Shown: positions 9,614 to 19,341 of the stretch, in pieces
Layout: each line of letters opens with the position of its first letter
Numbering within the stretch: position 1 is the stretch's first letter
NCBI GenBank assembly: GCA_965199495.1
Contig: CBDASK010000003.1
Span: forward strand, 1,024,001 to 1,088,000
Direction of reading: 5' to 3'
Origin: Abditibacterium sp.
GTDB lineage: Bacteria > Armatimonadota > Abditibacteriia > Abditibacteriales > Abditibacteriaceae
DNA: 64,000 nt
The notes under the pieces: generated by a model
Databases searched by the model: none
What the model saw: only the letters and a program-made list of their open reading frames with translations
Told to the model about the DNA's origin: nothing
Translations under genes and position numbers: made by a program

Positions 9614-11587
9614 ATGCCTCTCATTAACAATTTTCGTTATCGTCCCGAAATAGATGGGCTACGGGCTATCGCCGTTATGGCTGTTGTGCTGTTTCATGCC
9701 GAGTTCGGTTGTCCCGGTGGCTATGTGGGCGTTGACGTGTTCTTCGTGATTTCTGGTTTCCTCATCACGTCTTTGATTTGGAAAGATTTGGAAAGCGGGC
9801 GCTTTTCCATGCTGAATTTTTGGGAGAGACGGGCACGGCGTATTGTGCCCGCTCTGGTCGTGGTGACGTTGGCGACTTTAGTGGCGGGATGGTTTTTGTT
9901 GGCGCCTCCCGATTTTAAAAGTTTGGGCCAGGCCAGTGCCGCTCAGGCGGTTTTCATGGCGAACGTTCATTATTGGCGCGATACCGGTTATTTCGGTGGA
10001 GCCTCCGTTGAAAAACCATTGCTTCATACCTGGTCGTTGGCCGTCGAAGAACAGTTTTATCTCGTTGTACCCTTTCTGATGTGGCTGATGTTCTTTTTGC
10101 GCACTCTGCGAACGCGCAAAGGAGTAATTTTCCTCTTATCAATCGGTTGGATACTAAGTTTTGTTCTGAGCGTTTATGGAATGTCTCTCTCGCCAGGATT
10201 TACTTTTTATATGTTGCCTACGCGCGCCTGGGAGATTTTAACGGGTTCGTTGTTCGCTTTTATCGGGTTTCCATTGGTTCTGGCGAAACGCCAGTATTTA
10301 AGGGAAATTCTGGTATTTGTGGGCTTGGCGCTCATTGTGATTCCGATTTTCGTTTATACGCTAAGAACTTCTTTTCCTGGCACGCTGGCTCTGCCGCCCT
10401 GCTTGGGCGCGGCTTTGTTTATCTGGGCCAACAAACGCAGTGAAACCGCCGACAAGAACGCGATTCCACCGAGTTTCGCCGGAAGATGTTTGGCTGCAAA
10501 ACCGGTCGTTTTCATCGGTTTGATTTCCTACTCGTTCTATTTGTGGCATTGGCCGTTCCTTGCGTTCAGTCATTACCGGATTTTGTCGCCGTTAAGCGCG
10601 GGCTATCGCGTTTCGATGGTCGCGCTGGGATTTATCTGCGCAGTTCTTTCGTGGAAGTTTGTCGAAACGCCTTTTCGCGAGCGCCACATTGGGGACTCGC
10701 GCAAATCGGTCTTTGCTTTTGCCGGGAGTGGTCTGGCTTTGGTTTTTGCTCTGGGCTTGATTTGCATGGTGCGCCAGGGTTTTCCGGGACGATATTCGGA
10801 GCAGGCCCAAAAATTCGCTGATATTGCAACCGATACGTCCGATTCGGGCTTCAATAAATCACTTGATGCGAGCGACGTGCGGTCGGACAAACTGATCGAA
10901 ATAGGCGCCACCAATCCCAAGCTGCTGCGCACGGTTTTGGTATGGGGCGATAGCCATGTAATGTCGGCTTTGCCAGCGATTGACGCGGTTCTCAAGGAAA
11001 AGGGCATGGCTGGCGTTGCAGCGCCCCGCGCCGCCGTGGCTCCTGTGTTAGGCTGGAGCTTGGCACCTCAGTTGGTGGCAGATCCAGCCGTGAGCTTCAA
11101 CGACGCTGTTTTAGCGAATATCCAAAAACACCGTTACCACGAGGTGATTTTAATCGCGCACTGGCGGGGTTACTCCGATGAGGACAATTACAGTCCAAAT
11201 TTCACTGCGGCATTGCTAAAAGCAGTGCAAGATGTGGTTAAGGCTGGCTCCAAACCATTGGTCATGTTGGACGTGCCCGATGCCAAATTTAATGTCCCCA
11301 GAGCGTTGTGGCTTTCCGAGACTTCGCACGGTAACATCGAATCCTATTATAAAAAGACCTCCGCCGCTGGGATCATCGACTACTTCAAACCCGATACCCT
11401 CGCCGCTTTGCGCGCGGCAGGGGCGGAAATTTTGAATCCGAAGTCGGAATTTTTGGATTCCAGCAAACAACATTACATAGTAACCAAAGGGGACATTGTG
11501 CTCTACTACGATGAAAATCATCTAACGGCAGCGGGAGCCAAAACGATGTTAGTCCCCTTTTTCCGCGAAAAGGTTTTCTCAAAATAA
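9614..11587 (+). CDS. Acyltransferase-3 + SGNH O-acyltransferase (OafA/OatA-like)
   Basis: YRPEIDGLRAIAV, GYVGVDVFFVISGFLI, HTWSLAVEEQFY, GDSH and DENHL. Confidence 0.93.
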   Translation: MPLINNFRYRPEIDGLRAIAVMAVVLFHAEFGCPGGYVGVDVFFVISGFLITSLIWKDLESGRFSMLNFWERRARRIVPALVVVTLATLVAGWFLLAPPDFKSLGQASAAQAVFMANVHYWRDTGYFGGASVEKPLLHTWSLAVEEQFYLVVPFLMWLMFFLRTLRTRKGVIFLLSIGWILSFVLSVYGMSLSPGFTFYMLPTRAWEILTGSLFAFIGFPLVLAKRQYLREILVFVGLALIVIPIFVYTLRTSFPGTLALPPCLGAALFIWANKRSETADKNAIPPSFAGRCLAAKPVVFIGLISYSFYLWHWPFLAFSHYRILSPLSAGYRVSMVALGFICAVLSWKFVETPFRERHIGDSRKSVFAFAGSGLALVFALGLICMVRQGFPGRYSEQAQKFADIATDTSDSGFNKSLDASDVRSDKLIEIGATNPKLLRTVLVWGDSHVMSALPAIDAVLKEKGMAGVAAPRAAVAPVLGWSLAPQLVADPAVSFNDAVLANIQKHRYHEVILIAHWRGYSDEDNYSPNFTAALLKAVQDVVKAGSKPLVMLDVPDAKFNVPRALWLSETSHGNIESYYKKTSAAGIIDYFKPDTLAALRAAGAEILNPKSEFLDSSKQHYIVTKGDIVLYYDENHLTAAGAKTMLVPFFREKVFSK

Positions 11588-11626
11588 CATGATCAAAAGT
11601 AGGTGCCGAGCCACCGCCCTTTTTGT

Positions 11627-12826
11627 TTAGCGCACGCCCGCATCCACGAGCGGTGGCTTGCGTTTGCGCAGCGATAATTCCCAGCGGCCCAGCAAACCTG
11701 CCGGACGCACCAGCATCATGCCGATGAGAATCAGCGCATAAATCACGTAGCGCAGCGCGCCCTTGTTGGATTCGAGCCAATCTTGATTATGATTGGCGAA
11801 CCACAAAAATACGCCCAAAACGATGAGGGACGTGACCGCGCCAATCGCCCAACGCGCCAACGTGCGTGCTTTGAAGGCCTCCCAACCGGTTAAAGCCAAG
11901 CCTAAAATGAACAAGACCGGCACGACCCAGAAAACGCTGCTGGCGTTGCGCAGGGCTTCTTCCAAAAACTTGAGGCCCGTCGCCGAAACGACCGAACCCG
12001 TGATCGAACCCAAACCGCCCAAAACGACCATCACCACGATTTCGACCGATTTGACGAAGGTGAACGAATCGGGGTTGGCCAAGCCGAGATAATGCACTTG
12101 CAGCGCGCCCGCGATGCCCGCCCACATCGCCGAAATCACGAACGCCAAAACTTTGATGCCGGTCGTGTTAATGCCAACGGCTTCGGCGGCGACTTCGTCG
12201 TCGCGAATCGCTTTCATCGAGCGCCCCAGCTGCGAGTTGACCAAGTTGCGCACGCAGAAAATGCACCCAACAACAAACGCGAAAATCCACACCAGATTGG
12301 CGTATTGCGGAATCGAGTTGAAGCCCGTCGCGCCACCGATTTCTTTGGCGTTCTGGATAATCGAGATGATAATCTGGTTGAATCCCAGCGTCACAATCGC
12401 CAGATAATCACCGCGCAATCGCAAAGAAGGCAAGCCCACGAGCAAGCCCGCGATGCCAGCAGCCACGGCGCCCAGAAGAATGGCGATGACGAAAATAAGT
12501 TGCGGTGGCAGAGCTAAATACGGACTCGCGTAAAAGCTAAACGCCGCCGAAGCGTAGGCGCCGACCGCCATGAATCCAGCGTGTCCCAACGAAAACTGGC
12601 CGGTGATGCCGTTGATTAAATTCAGGCTGACCGCCAGAATAATATTGACGCCAACGAGCGCGATAACCGTGGTGACGTAAGGATTGAAACGGTCGCGCAG
12701 CAACGTTTGCAAGCCCGCTAAGATCGCCACAATAACGACCGCACCGAGGACGCGCAGCACCCAGTTGGGCGCCGCGTGCTGCGGGTGAAAGCGCACTTGG
12801 CTGCGCGAGGAAGAAGTATCAACCAT
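11627..12826 (-). CDS. livM: Branched-chain amino acid ABC permease
   Basis: GQFSLGHAGF, LRLRGDYLAIVTL, AIRDDE and VVLGGLGS. Confidence 0.93.
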   Translation of the reverse strand: MVDTSSSRSQVRFHPQHAAPNWVLRVLGAVVIVAILAGLQTLLRDRFNPYVTTVIALVGVNIILAVSLNLINGITGQFSLGHAGFMAVGAYASAAFSFYASPYLALPPQLIFVIAILLGAVAAGIAGLLVGLPSLRLRGDYLAIVTLGFNQIIISIIQNAKEIGGATGFNSIPQYANLVWIFAFVVGCIFCVRNLVNSQLGRSMKAIRDDEVAAEAVGINTTGIKVLAFVISAMWAGIAGALQVHYLGLANPDSFTFVKSVEIVVMVVLGGLGSITGSVVSATGLKFLEEALRNASSVFWVVPVLFILGLALTGWEAFKARTLARWAIGAVTSLIVLGVFLWFANHNQDWLESNKGALRYVIYALILIGMMLVRPAGLLGRWELSLRKRKPPLVDAGVR

Positions 12827-12834
12827 ATTTTGCA

Positions 12835-12905
12835 AAAGGATAAAGGCTAAAGAATGAAAGAGGCGGGAAGAATTTTATCCTTTAGCCTTTATCCTTCAGC
12901 CTTTC
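12835..12905. repeat. Inverted heptamer tandem repeats (AAGGATA/AAGGCTA type)
   Basis: AAAGGATAAAGGCTAAAG ... TTTATCCTTTAGCCTTTATCCTTCAGCCTTT. Confidence 0.75.
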
Positions 12906-13808
12906 CTACACTTTCTCGGCGACGTTGCGGCCCATGATGCCCGCCGGTTTGAACAGCAAAACCACGATCAAAATCGTGAAAGCAATCGCGTCCGAATAGG
13001 CCGAACCGTTGGGCACGAACGAGATCACTAAAACTTCGGCGAAGCCCATCAAAAGTCCGCCCAACATCGCGCCGGGAATCGAGCCGATGCCGCCCAAAAC
13101 CGCCGCCACAAACGCTTTTAAGCCGACCTGCAAACCGACCAAAGGCGTAATTGTCGGCTGGTAAACGCCCGTCAAAACGCCCGCCGCCGCCGCCAAAGCG
13201 CTGCCCAGCGCGAACGTAATCGCGATGACGATTTCGGTATTGACGCCCATTAAAGCCGCCGCCGCGCGGTCGAGCGACACCGCGCGCATCGCGCGTCCGG
13301 TTTTGGTTTTTTGCACGATCCATTGCAACCCGAACATCAGCAAGGCCGCCACCACGATAATCAGCAGTTGCACAACCGATAGGCTCCAGGTGCCCGCGTC
13401 GTAAATCGGTCTGTCTTGAATCAGCGCCGGAAACGGTTGCGGGTTGGGGCCAAACACCAACTGTCCGCCATATTCGAGCAACATGGACATGCCAATTGCC
13501 GTGATTAAAAGTGTCAGTTTGGGCGAGTTGCGCAAGGGCCGATAAGCGAAGCGTTCGATGAGAATGCCCGCGATGGCCGCGCCCAGCATTGCCACGGCGA
13601 GCGACGCCAGCGCGACAAGCGGCGAAAACGTGCCATCGGGCCGCGCGCCCAAACGCGCCGCCGCGAACACGCCGAAATAAGCGCCCAACATATAAACGTC
13701 GCCATGCGCGAAGTTAATCAGGCGCAGCACGCCATAGACCATCGTGTAGCCCAACGCAATCAGCGCGTAAATCGAACCCTGCGTCAAACCGTTGATGAAT
13801 TGTTGCAT
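12906..13808 (-). CDS. livH: Branched-chain amino acid ABC permease
   Basis: NGLTQGSIYALIALGYTMVYG, INFAHG and KAFVAAVLGGIGS. Confidence 0.95.
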   Translation of the reverse strand: MQQFINGLTQGSIYALIALGYTMVYGVLRLINFAHGDVYMLGAYFGVFAAARLGARPDGTFSPLVALASLAVAMLGAAIAGILIERFAYRPLRNSPKLTLLITAIGMSMLLEYGGQLVFGPNPQPFPALIQDRPIYDAGTWSLSVVQLLIIVVAALLMFGLQWIVQKTKTGRAMRAVSLDRAAAALMGVNTEIVIAITFALGSALAAAAGVLTGVYQPTITPLVGLQVGLKAFVAAVLGGIGSIPGAMLGGLLMGFAEVLVISFVPNGSAYSDAIAFTILIVVLLFKPAGIMGRNVAEKV

Positions 13809-13914
13809 TTTTCAGGTGTCAGGTGTCAGGTGTCAGGTGTCAGGTGTGGAAATCGCGCCGCGTTGTCCATGCGCTTTCCCTGACACCTGTTCCCTGATAC
13901 CTGACACCTGAAAA
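13809..13914. repeat. Inverted heptamer tandem repeats (TCAGGTG x5 / CACCTGA)
   Basis: TCAGGTG five times at 13812-13846, then degenerate reverse copies. Confidence 0.9.
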
Positions 13915-13915
13915 T

Positions 13916-15136
13916 TCAGCCGCCCGGCACGACGACGGTTTTGCCGTCCTGGATTTTGATAATCACCAATTTCTTATCGGCGTTACGATCTTTGTTCATC
14001 GAAATATTTCCGGTTACGCCCTGAAAATCTTTGGTGGCGGCCAGAGCATCGCGCAGTTTGGCGCGGTCGGTGTTGCCCGCGCGCGTGATGGCGTCGAACA
14101 TGATATAGGCGGCGTCATAAGCCACGGCGGCCAGAGCGTCGGGCACTTCGCCGTATTTCTGCTTGTAATCGGCCACGAATTTCACGACTTTGGGATTTTG
14201 GTCTTCGGGCGAATAGTGGTTGGAGAAATACGAATTGTTGACCGCGCTCTTACCGATCTCAAACAGTTTGGGCGAATCCCAGCCGTCGCTGCCCATCAAA
14301 GTTTGGTTCATGCCCAAGCTACGCGCCTGCACCGCGATGTTGCCGACTTCGGTGTAGTAGCCGGGAATGTAAATCACGTCGGGATTGGCGCCCTTGATGT
14401 TGGTCAGTTGCGCGCGGAAGTTGGTATCGCCCGCCTGATAACTTTCGGTTGCCACGATTTTGCCGCCGATTTTGGTGAACGAATCCTTGAAATACTGCGA
14501 CAAGCCTTTGGAATAATCGCTTTTCACGTCGGTGAAAAGCGCGGCGGTTTTGGCGCCCAGTTTGTTTTTGGAAAAATTGGCCAGACTTTCGCCCACATAC
14601 GGATCGATGAAACAGGCGCGAAAAATGTAATCGCCGACTTGGGTGACTTTGGGGTTAGTCGAAGTTGGCGACAGCATCGGTACGCCCGCCTTCTGGCAAA
14701 TCGGCGCCGCCGCGAGCGAACTCGACGACGCGACTTCGCCCATGACCGCCAAAACATTGTCTTCGTTGATGAGTTTCAAAACCGCCGAAGGAACTTGAGC
14801 GGCCTGCGAGTTATCGTCTTCGACGCGCACTTCGACGGGCTTGCCCAAAACGCCGCCTTTGGCGTTGATTTCGGCGATGGCCATTTTAATCGCGTTATCA
14901 GTCGAAGTGCCAAACGACGCCTGCGATCCGGTCAGAGCGCCGTATTCGCCCAGCACGATGGTTTTGGCATCGGCGGGATAGGGTTTGGCCGCCTGCGTGT
15001 TGGCGCCGGGCGCGCCCGACGTGGCTGCATTGTTGGCGGCGTCGGGCGTTTTGCAGCCGGCGAGCGCCAGAGATAGCGCGATGCCGGACAAAACTCCGGC
15101 CTGAAGCAAGGTTCGTCTGCGAAGAAGAGTATTCAT
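13916..15136 (-). CDS. livK: Branched-chain amino acid ABC substrate-binding lipoprotein
   Basis: Lipobox LAGC, INAKGGVLG, FRACFID and GSDGWD. Confidence 0.92.
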   Translation of the reverse strand: MNTLLRRRTLLQAGVLSGIALSLALAGCKTPDAANNAATSGAPGANTQAAKPYPADAKTIVLGEYGALTGSQASFGTSTDNAIKMAIAEINAKGGVLGKPVEVRVEDDNSQAAQVPSAVLKLINEDNVLAVMGEVASSSSLAAAPICQKAGVPMLSPTSTNPKVTQVGDYIFRACFIDPYVGESLANFSKNKLGAKTAALFTDVKSDYSKGLSQYFKDSFTKIGGKIVATESYQAGDTNFRAQLTNIKGANPDVIYIPGYYTEVGNIAVQARSLGMNQTLMGSDGWDSPKLFEIGKSAVNNSYFSNHYSPEDQNPKVVKFVADYKQKYGEVPDALAAVAYDAAYIMFDAITRAGNTDRAKLRDALAATKDFQGVTGNISMNKDRNADKKLVIIKIQDGKTVVVPGG

Positions 15137-15244
15137 AGTAGAAGGTGAAATGGGGGAAGTTAAAAACGCGCGAGGCGCGATAATTTTTCGACTTCCCTAT
15201 TTTAACAAACACGCGGTTTCAAGGATGTTACAGGCGAGATTTGA

Positions 15245-15523
15245 AATTATTTTAGCCACAAAAACACAGAACTTACAAAAGGCACAAAAAGGTAGGAGTT
15301 ACGCAGTTGGCCTGCGTTTGTCATTTCGAGCTTGCCGAGAAATCTTACGCCCGCGCGGCAGCGCAAGTAAAAGCCATTTTTACGTTCAACTCACGCGTCA
15401 TTTCCGCTGGCGCGGGGCCGTAAGATTTCTCGGCAAGCTCGAAATGACAAACGCAGGCCAACTGCGTAATTCCTGCCTTTTTGTGCCTTTTGTAAGTTCT
15501 GTGTTTTTGTAGCTAAAATAATT
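15245..15523. repeat. Composite inverted repeat, ~100 bp arms
   Basis: AATTATTTTAGCCACAAAAACACAG...GTCATTTCGAGCTTGCCGAGAAATCTTACG and a near-perfect reverse complement. Confidence 0.92.
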
Positions 15524-15538
15524 GACGCGATTCGCGCG

Positions 15539-16198
15539 TTACTTCCAAAACTGAAACAGTTGATAACCATCGCCCGCCAGATAGGGTGGCACGCCCAGCA
15601 AACCAGCGATGAGACGAACGACGCCGAAAAATAAAATATTCGCCTGTGGCACAAACCACAGCAATCCGAAGACGATATAAAATCCGAATTGTGCGGCGCC
15701 ATCAATGCGCGTTCGCAATTCGGTTGGCAGAAACGGGCGAATGATGCCGTAGCCGTCGAGCGGCGGAACCGGAACTAAATTTAGCACGACCGCCATAACT
15801 TGCAGCAAACACAAAAATGCCAAAGCGGGCCACAATCCGCCCTGTGCGTCGGGCACGAAGCGAAACGGCAACGCCAGCAAAATCGCCAACAGCAAATTGG
15901 AAAGTGGCCCGCCCGCCGAAACCAGACTGAGCCAGCGTTTGTCGGGAATGCGCGAACGGTCAATCCAAACCGCGCCGCCCGGCAGACCGATGCCGCCGAT
16001 AACTAAAAAGAAAATCGGCATCACGATGGAAAACATCGGGTCGATATATTTGAGCGGATTAAACGACAAATAGCCCTTTTCCCTGACCGAAGTGTCGCCG
16101 CCTTGAAAGGCTAAGCGCGCGTGCGAATATTCGTGCAAACAGAGCGAAAAAATCCAGCCCGCCAGCACGAACAAAAAAGTTTGAAGTCCCTGACTCAT
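15539..16198 (-). CDS. Site-2 protease family (M50) membrane metalloprotease
   Basis: HEYSH, AGGPLSN and NLVPVPPLDG. Confidence 0.92.
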   Translation of the reverse strand: MSQGLQTFLFVLAGWIFSLCLHEYSHARLAFQGGDTSVREKGYLSFNPLKYIDPMFSIVMPIFFLVIGGIGLPGGAVWIDRSRIPDKRWLSLVSAGGPLSNLLLAILLALPFRFVPDAQGGLWPALAFLCLLQVMAVVLNLVPVPPLDGYGIIRPFLPTELRTRIDGAAQFGFYIVFGLLWFVPQANILFFGVVRLIAGLLGVPPYLAGDGYQLFQFWK

Positions 16199-16251
16199 GT
16201 GTGTTGGAGTTAAGCAGATTGTGGGCGTGCGCACGCTTAATCTGCCGAATC

Positions 16252-17184
16252 CTATCCTTGCAACTCTTTACCGACCAAACTACCTTTTTTCTCCGGTTGT
16301 TTGCCCGGCTTGACCGCCGCTTTGCTCAAAATTTTCGCGCGTTTGTTCAACTCTTTCTCGCGCGTTTTATAAATCGCGCGCGTTCTGGGTCGCACCTTTT
16401 TCTCACCGGTTTTCGGGTCGCGCTTGCGCAGTGGCAACGGCTCGACGCGCGGCGGAGTTTCGATATTTTCGACCGGCGCGAGCGGGAGGGGCATCAGACT
16501 TTTCTTGGGTTGAGCGCGCTTCTTTTTGCCTTCATCGCGCGTGAGATGCTCGAAACTCAACTCGCCTTTTTTGTTGCGCGAACGCCGGTTCTTTTGCAAC
16601 TCCTGCGCGACGCGGCGTTGGCGCACTTTGTCGGGATCGATGCCCGCCGCGATAAGCGCACTGTCCCACTGCTTGAAGCGGCGCTTGGCCGCGTTATAAA
16701 GCGGCGGATGGTTTTGCTGCACCAACTTGGAACTGAGCGGCGCCTCTTTTTCGGCCAACGCCTGAATCTCTTCGATGACGCGTTGCGGCGTCCAATGGCG
16801 ATAGCGCGCGACTTTCTCGTAGTCAATGCCCGCCGCCGTCACCGCCGCGAACCATGTGTCAAACCCGATATTGACGCGCACCGCCGCCGCCGCGAGGGCA
16901 GGCGCGCCCTCGGCGCTGATCACGCGCCACGACAAATCGCCGCCCGCCGCGTGATATTCGCGGATACCAGCAACGACGCGCTCTTTCGTCCAACGCCGAT
17001 ATTTGGAAACGTCGTCGTAGGAAAGCCCCGACGTTTCGATGGCGCGCTTCCATGTGCCGTAGTGCCACGCCGCCGCGCGCACCAAGTTCAGATGGTTATC
17101 TTCCGCCGACGAATAGTTCAGTTCCTCGCCCGCCGCGTTCAATTGGCGGATTTCTTCGATAATCGCTTTTCGTGTCCAACGCAT
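16252..17184 (-). CDS. Protein with three homing-endonuclease-associated-type repeats and a Lys-rich tail
   Basis: Three ~70-aa units of the form WT..II..I...(F/Y)..W..A...AG. Confidence 0.7.
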   Translation of the reverse strand: MRWTRKAIIEEIRQLNAAGEELNYSSAEDNHLNLVRAAAWHYGTWKRAIETSGLSYDDVSKYRRWTKERVVAGIREYHAAGGDLSWRVISAEGAPALAAAAVRVNIGFDTWFAAVTAAGIDYEKVARYRHWTPQRVIEEIQALAEKEAPLSSKLVQQNHPPLYNAAKRRFKQWDSALIAAGIDPDKVRQRRVAQELQKNRRSRNKKGELSFEHLTRDEGKKKRAQPKKSLMPLPLAPVENIETPPRVEPLPLRKRDPKTGEKKVRPRTRAIYKTREKELNKRAKILSKAAVKPGKQPEKKGSLVGKELQG

Positions 17185-17275
17185 ATCACTCAATTATAGT
17201 GCAATGAACGCGCTCTGGGAACCTCTGACAATTGTGAATTTCAACACAAGAGCAATACCGGTATTCTTGATTAGT

Positions 17276-17734
17276 TTAAGCGGGCGTCAAAACAGCGTCG
17301 CCGCCTTGCAGTTTTACTTGGTAACGCGCCAGTGGCTTGGTGGCCGGGCCATGCTCGACTTTGCCATCAATGGTAAAAACCGAGCCGTGACAGGGACAAC
17401 CGAACGCCTTGGCTGGATTCTCTGCGCTCCAATTTACAGTGCAACCCGCGTGCGTGCAAACCGCATTGACCGCGCCCAATTCGCCGGATTTGGTGCGGAA
17501 CAGCAGACCAGCCACGCCGCCGGGAAACTCAAATGGCAGCGCTTGGCCGTTGTCCAAAGATTCGACCTGCGTTGCGTCTGTGATGACGAAGCCGTTGCCC
17601 TGCGCGACGGCCTGTGTTGCGCTCGATTGACCGGATTTAGAACCGCAACCGACCAAAGTTACACCCAAAGTGGCGGCGCAACCTTCGAGAAAAACGCGGC
17701 GCGAAAGCGAAATTTCGGTTTTTTCAGATTTCAT
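17276..17734 (-). CDS. Rieske 2Fe-2S protein (Tat-exported lipoprotein)
   Basis: SRRVFL Tat motif, CTHAGC and CPCHGS. Confidence 0.93.
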   Translation of the reverse strand: MKSEKTEISLSRRVFLEGCAATLGVTLVGCGSKSGQSSATQAVAQGNGFVITDATQVESLDNGQALPFEFPGGVAGLLFRTKSGELGAVNAVCTHAGCTVNWSAENPAKAFGCPCHGSVFTIDGKVEHGPATKPLARYQVKLQGGDAVLTPA

Positions 17735-17792
17735 AGCAATTCAATTTAACTGACTCACCTTACTTAACCGCGTATTTTTTTACGCCTTCGAT

Positions 17793-17925
17793 TTGTCATT
17801 CTGAGCGCAGTGAGGCACGAGCGAAGTCGAAGAATCCACAACTCTCGACAAGATGAAAGCAAAGTTAAGGCGCGACCTGTGGATTCTTCGACTTCGCTCG
17901 TGCCTCACTGCGCTCAGAATGACAA
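17793..17925. repeat. REP-like palindrome, GTCATTCTGAGCG family
   Basis: TTGTCATTCTGAGCGCAGTGAGGCACGAGCGAAGTCGAAGAATCCACA with a perfect reverse complement. Confidence 0.92.
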
Positions 17926-18077
17926 TGCGTGTGCTAACTCTAAATTTAACCGAATCAACCGACGACAAACGCGGCGCCGCGATAGCGAGTAAAATGATAA
18001 CCCACTAATCGCGCAGTTGTTTCCATTATTCTCAATTGCAGGCCCGAAGTCGCCCCAGAACGAAACGGCTTCTTTTC

Positions 18078-18359
18078 ATGTTCGTTGGTCTTTTGACCCT
18101 TCGCCTTCTCATTCACGACGCCCATTCCCTCAAAGAAAAGCGTCACGTCGTCAATTCCCTTTTGGACAGAACAAGGGCACGCTGGAATGTTTCGGCGGCG
18201 CAAATTGACAATCATGACCGATGGAACGACGCTCAAATCGCCGTCGTTCTGGTCTCCAACGACGGCGTGGCTGCACTGCGCGTAATGAATCATATTCGCG
18301 ATTTCGCCGAGAACGACCATCGTTTCGATGTCGCCGAAGTTTCGTGCGAATGGCGTTAA
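18078..18359 (+). CDS. DUF503 (YlxP-like) protein
   Basis: MFVG..L...HSLKEKRHVV.SL..R...WNVSAA; lies just upstream of rbfA. Confidence 0.88.
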   Translation: MFVGLLTLRLLIHDAHSLKEKRHVVNSLLDRTRARWNVSAAQIDNHDRWNDAQIAVVLVSNDGVAALRVMNHIRDFAENDHRFDVAEVSCEWR

Positions 18360-18362
18360 ATT

Positions 18363-18851
18363 ATGCCGAATACTTTGACCGAAAAAGCGATTAAGCAACC
18401 GTTTCGCGTTGGCTTGATGTTAGGCGCGTTGACTTTGCCGAGTTTGTGGGTGGCGAGTAAAGATGTCTGGCGCTGGCTACAAGAAATGCGTTGGCTCGAT
18501 TCCGAGGAAGTCACGCAGGTTTTCGCGATGGGATTTGTGCCCGGCATGATTTTGGGCGCGGGCGCCCTGCGCGCTTTAGTCGCGTGGAAAGCGGGCGAAG
18601 TTGGTCGGGCGCGTTGGCTACTCATCAGCCACGGCGGATTGGTCACTCTGTTTGCGGGCGCATTGCTCGCGCGCGACTTAAGGCGACAATACTTCTTATT
18701 CCAAATTGTTTCGCCCCGTCCACCACAAATTTTGGCGTATGAGATGCCATATTGGTTTTATTATCTGCTCGTTGTCATGGACGCCGTTCCGCTACAAATC
18801 GCTTTGGCAATGCTACTTCTCGGCTTGTTTATGCGCGGCAACCGAGCGTAA
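18363..18851 (+). CDS. Hypothetical membrane protein
   Basis: About 4 hydrophobic segments; closely packed in the operon. Confidence 0.6.
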   Translation: MPNTLTEKAIKQPFRVGLMLGALTLPSLWVASKDVWRWLQEMRWLDSEEVTQVFAMGFVPGMILGAGALRALVAWKAGEVGRARWLLISHGGLVTLFAGALLARDLRRQYFLFQIVSPRPPQILAYEMPYWFYYLLVVMDAVPLQIALAMLLLGLFMRGNRA

Positions 18852-18879
18852 CGGTTTAAACTCACTTTCCACAAATATT

Positions 18880-19266
18880 ATGGCCACAACATTTAGAGCT
18901 GACCGCGCCGCCGAGGCGATTCGCATGAGCGTTTCCAAAGCCTTGCGCGAAGACGTTGCCGATCCGGCGTTGCAAGCCGCGACCATCACGCGCGTCGAAG
19001 TGACACACGATCTCTCGTTCGCGCGCATCTATTACACCGTGCTGGGCGAAGTTAGCGAGCGCAAAGCCGTGCAGGCCGGTTTCGACCGCGCGTTGCCGTT
19101 TTTGCGCAGTCGCGTCGGCGAAGAGGTGCCGTTGCGTAGCGTGCCCGAAATCCGCTTCGATTTCGATAAAGGCGTCGAAAATCAGATGCGTCTGGAAGAA
19201 ATTTTCGAGACGTTGCCAGAGCTGAAAAAGGGGACAGGAGACGGGAGTCAGGAGACAGGGAATTAG
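18880..19266 (+). CDS. rbfA: Ribosome-binding factor A
   Basis: DP..TITRVEVTHDLSFARIY...LRSVPEIRFDFD. Confidence 0.93.
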   Translation: MATTFRADRAAEAIRMSVSKALREDVADPALQAATITRVEVTHDLSFARIYYTVLGEVSERKAVQAGFDRALPFLRSRVGEEVPLRSVPEIRFDFDKGVENQMRLEEIFETLPELKKGTGDGSQETGN

Positions 19267-19341
19267 GAACTGGAACTTGGAAGCAATCGCCGCTTTATCG
19301 CGTGCCTGTCTCCTGACTTCTGTCTCCTGTCTCCTTTTCCC
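19230..19341. repeat. Inverted heptamer repeats (CAGGAGA/TCTCCTG) overlapping the rbfA 3' end
   Basis: GACAGGAGACGGGAGTCAGGAGACAGG ... CCTGTCTCCTGACTTCTGTCTCCTGTCTCC. Confidence 0.8.

Noticed and set aside
9289..9627. Short ORFs in the AT-rich spacer upstream of the acyltransferase
   Set aside because: No motifs and atypical composition; probably non-coding.
13809..13914. Tandem repeats considered as a CRISPR array
   Set aside because: The units are 7 bp with no unique spacers, and there are no cas genes in the window.
15150..15705. Two opposite-strand ORFs sharing the peptide IILATKTQNLQKAQKGR
   Set aside because: An artefact of translating the arms of a DNA palindrome; the same applies to the ORF pairs at 17780-17992 and 26223-26911.
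16201..17199. Long antisense ORFs (also 14198-15076, 36017-36979, 46167-47159, 59052-60053)
   Set aside because: These are shadows of well-supported genes in GC-rich DNA and have no recognisable motifs.
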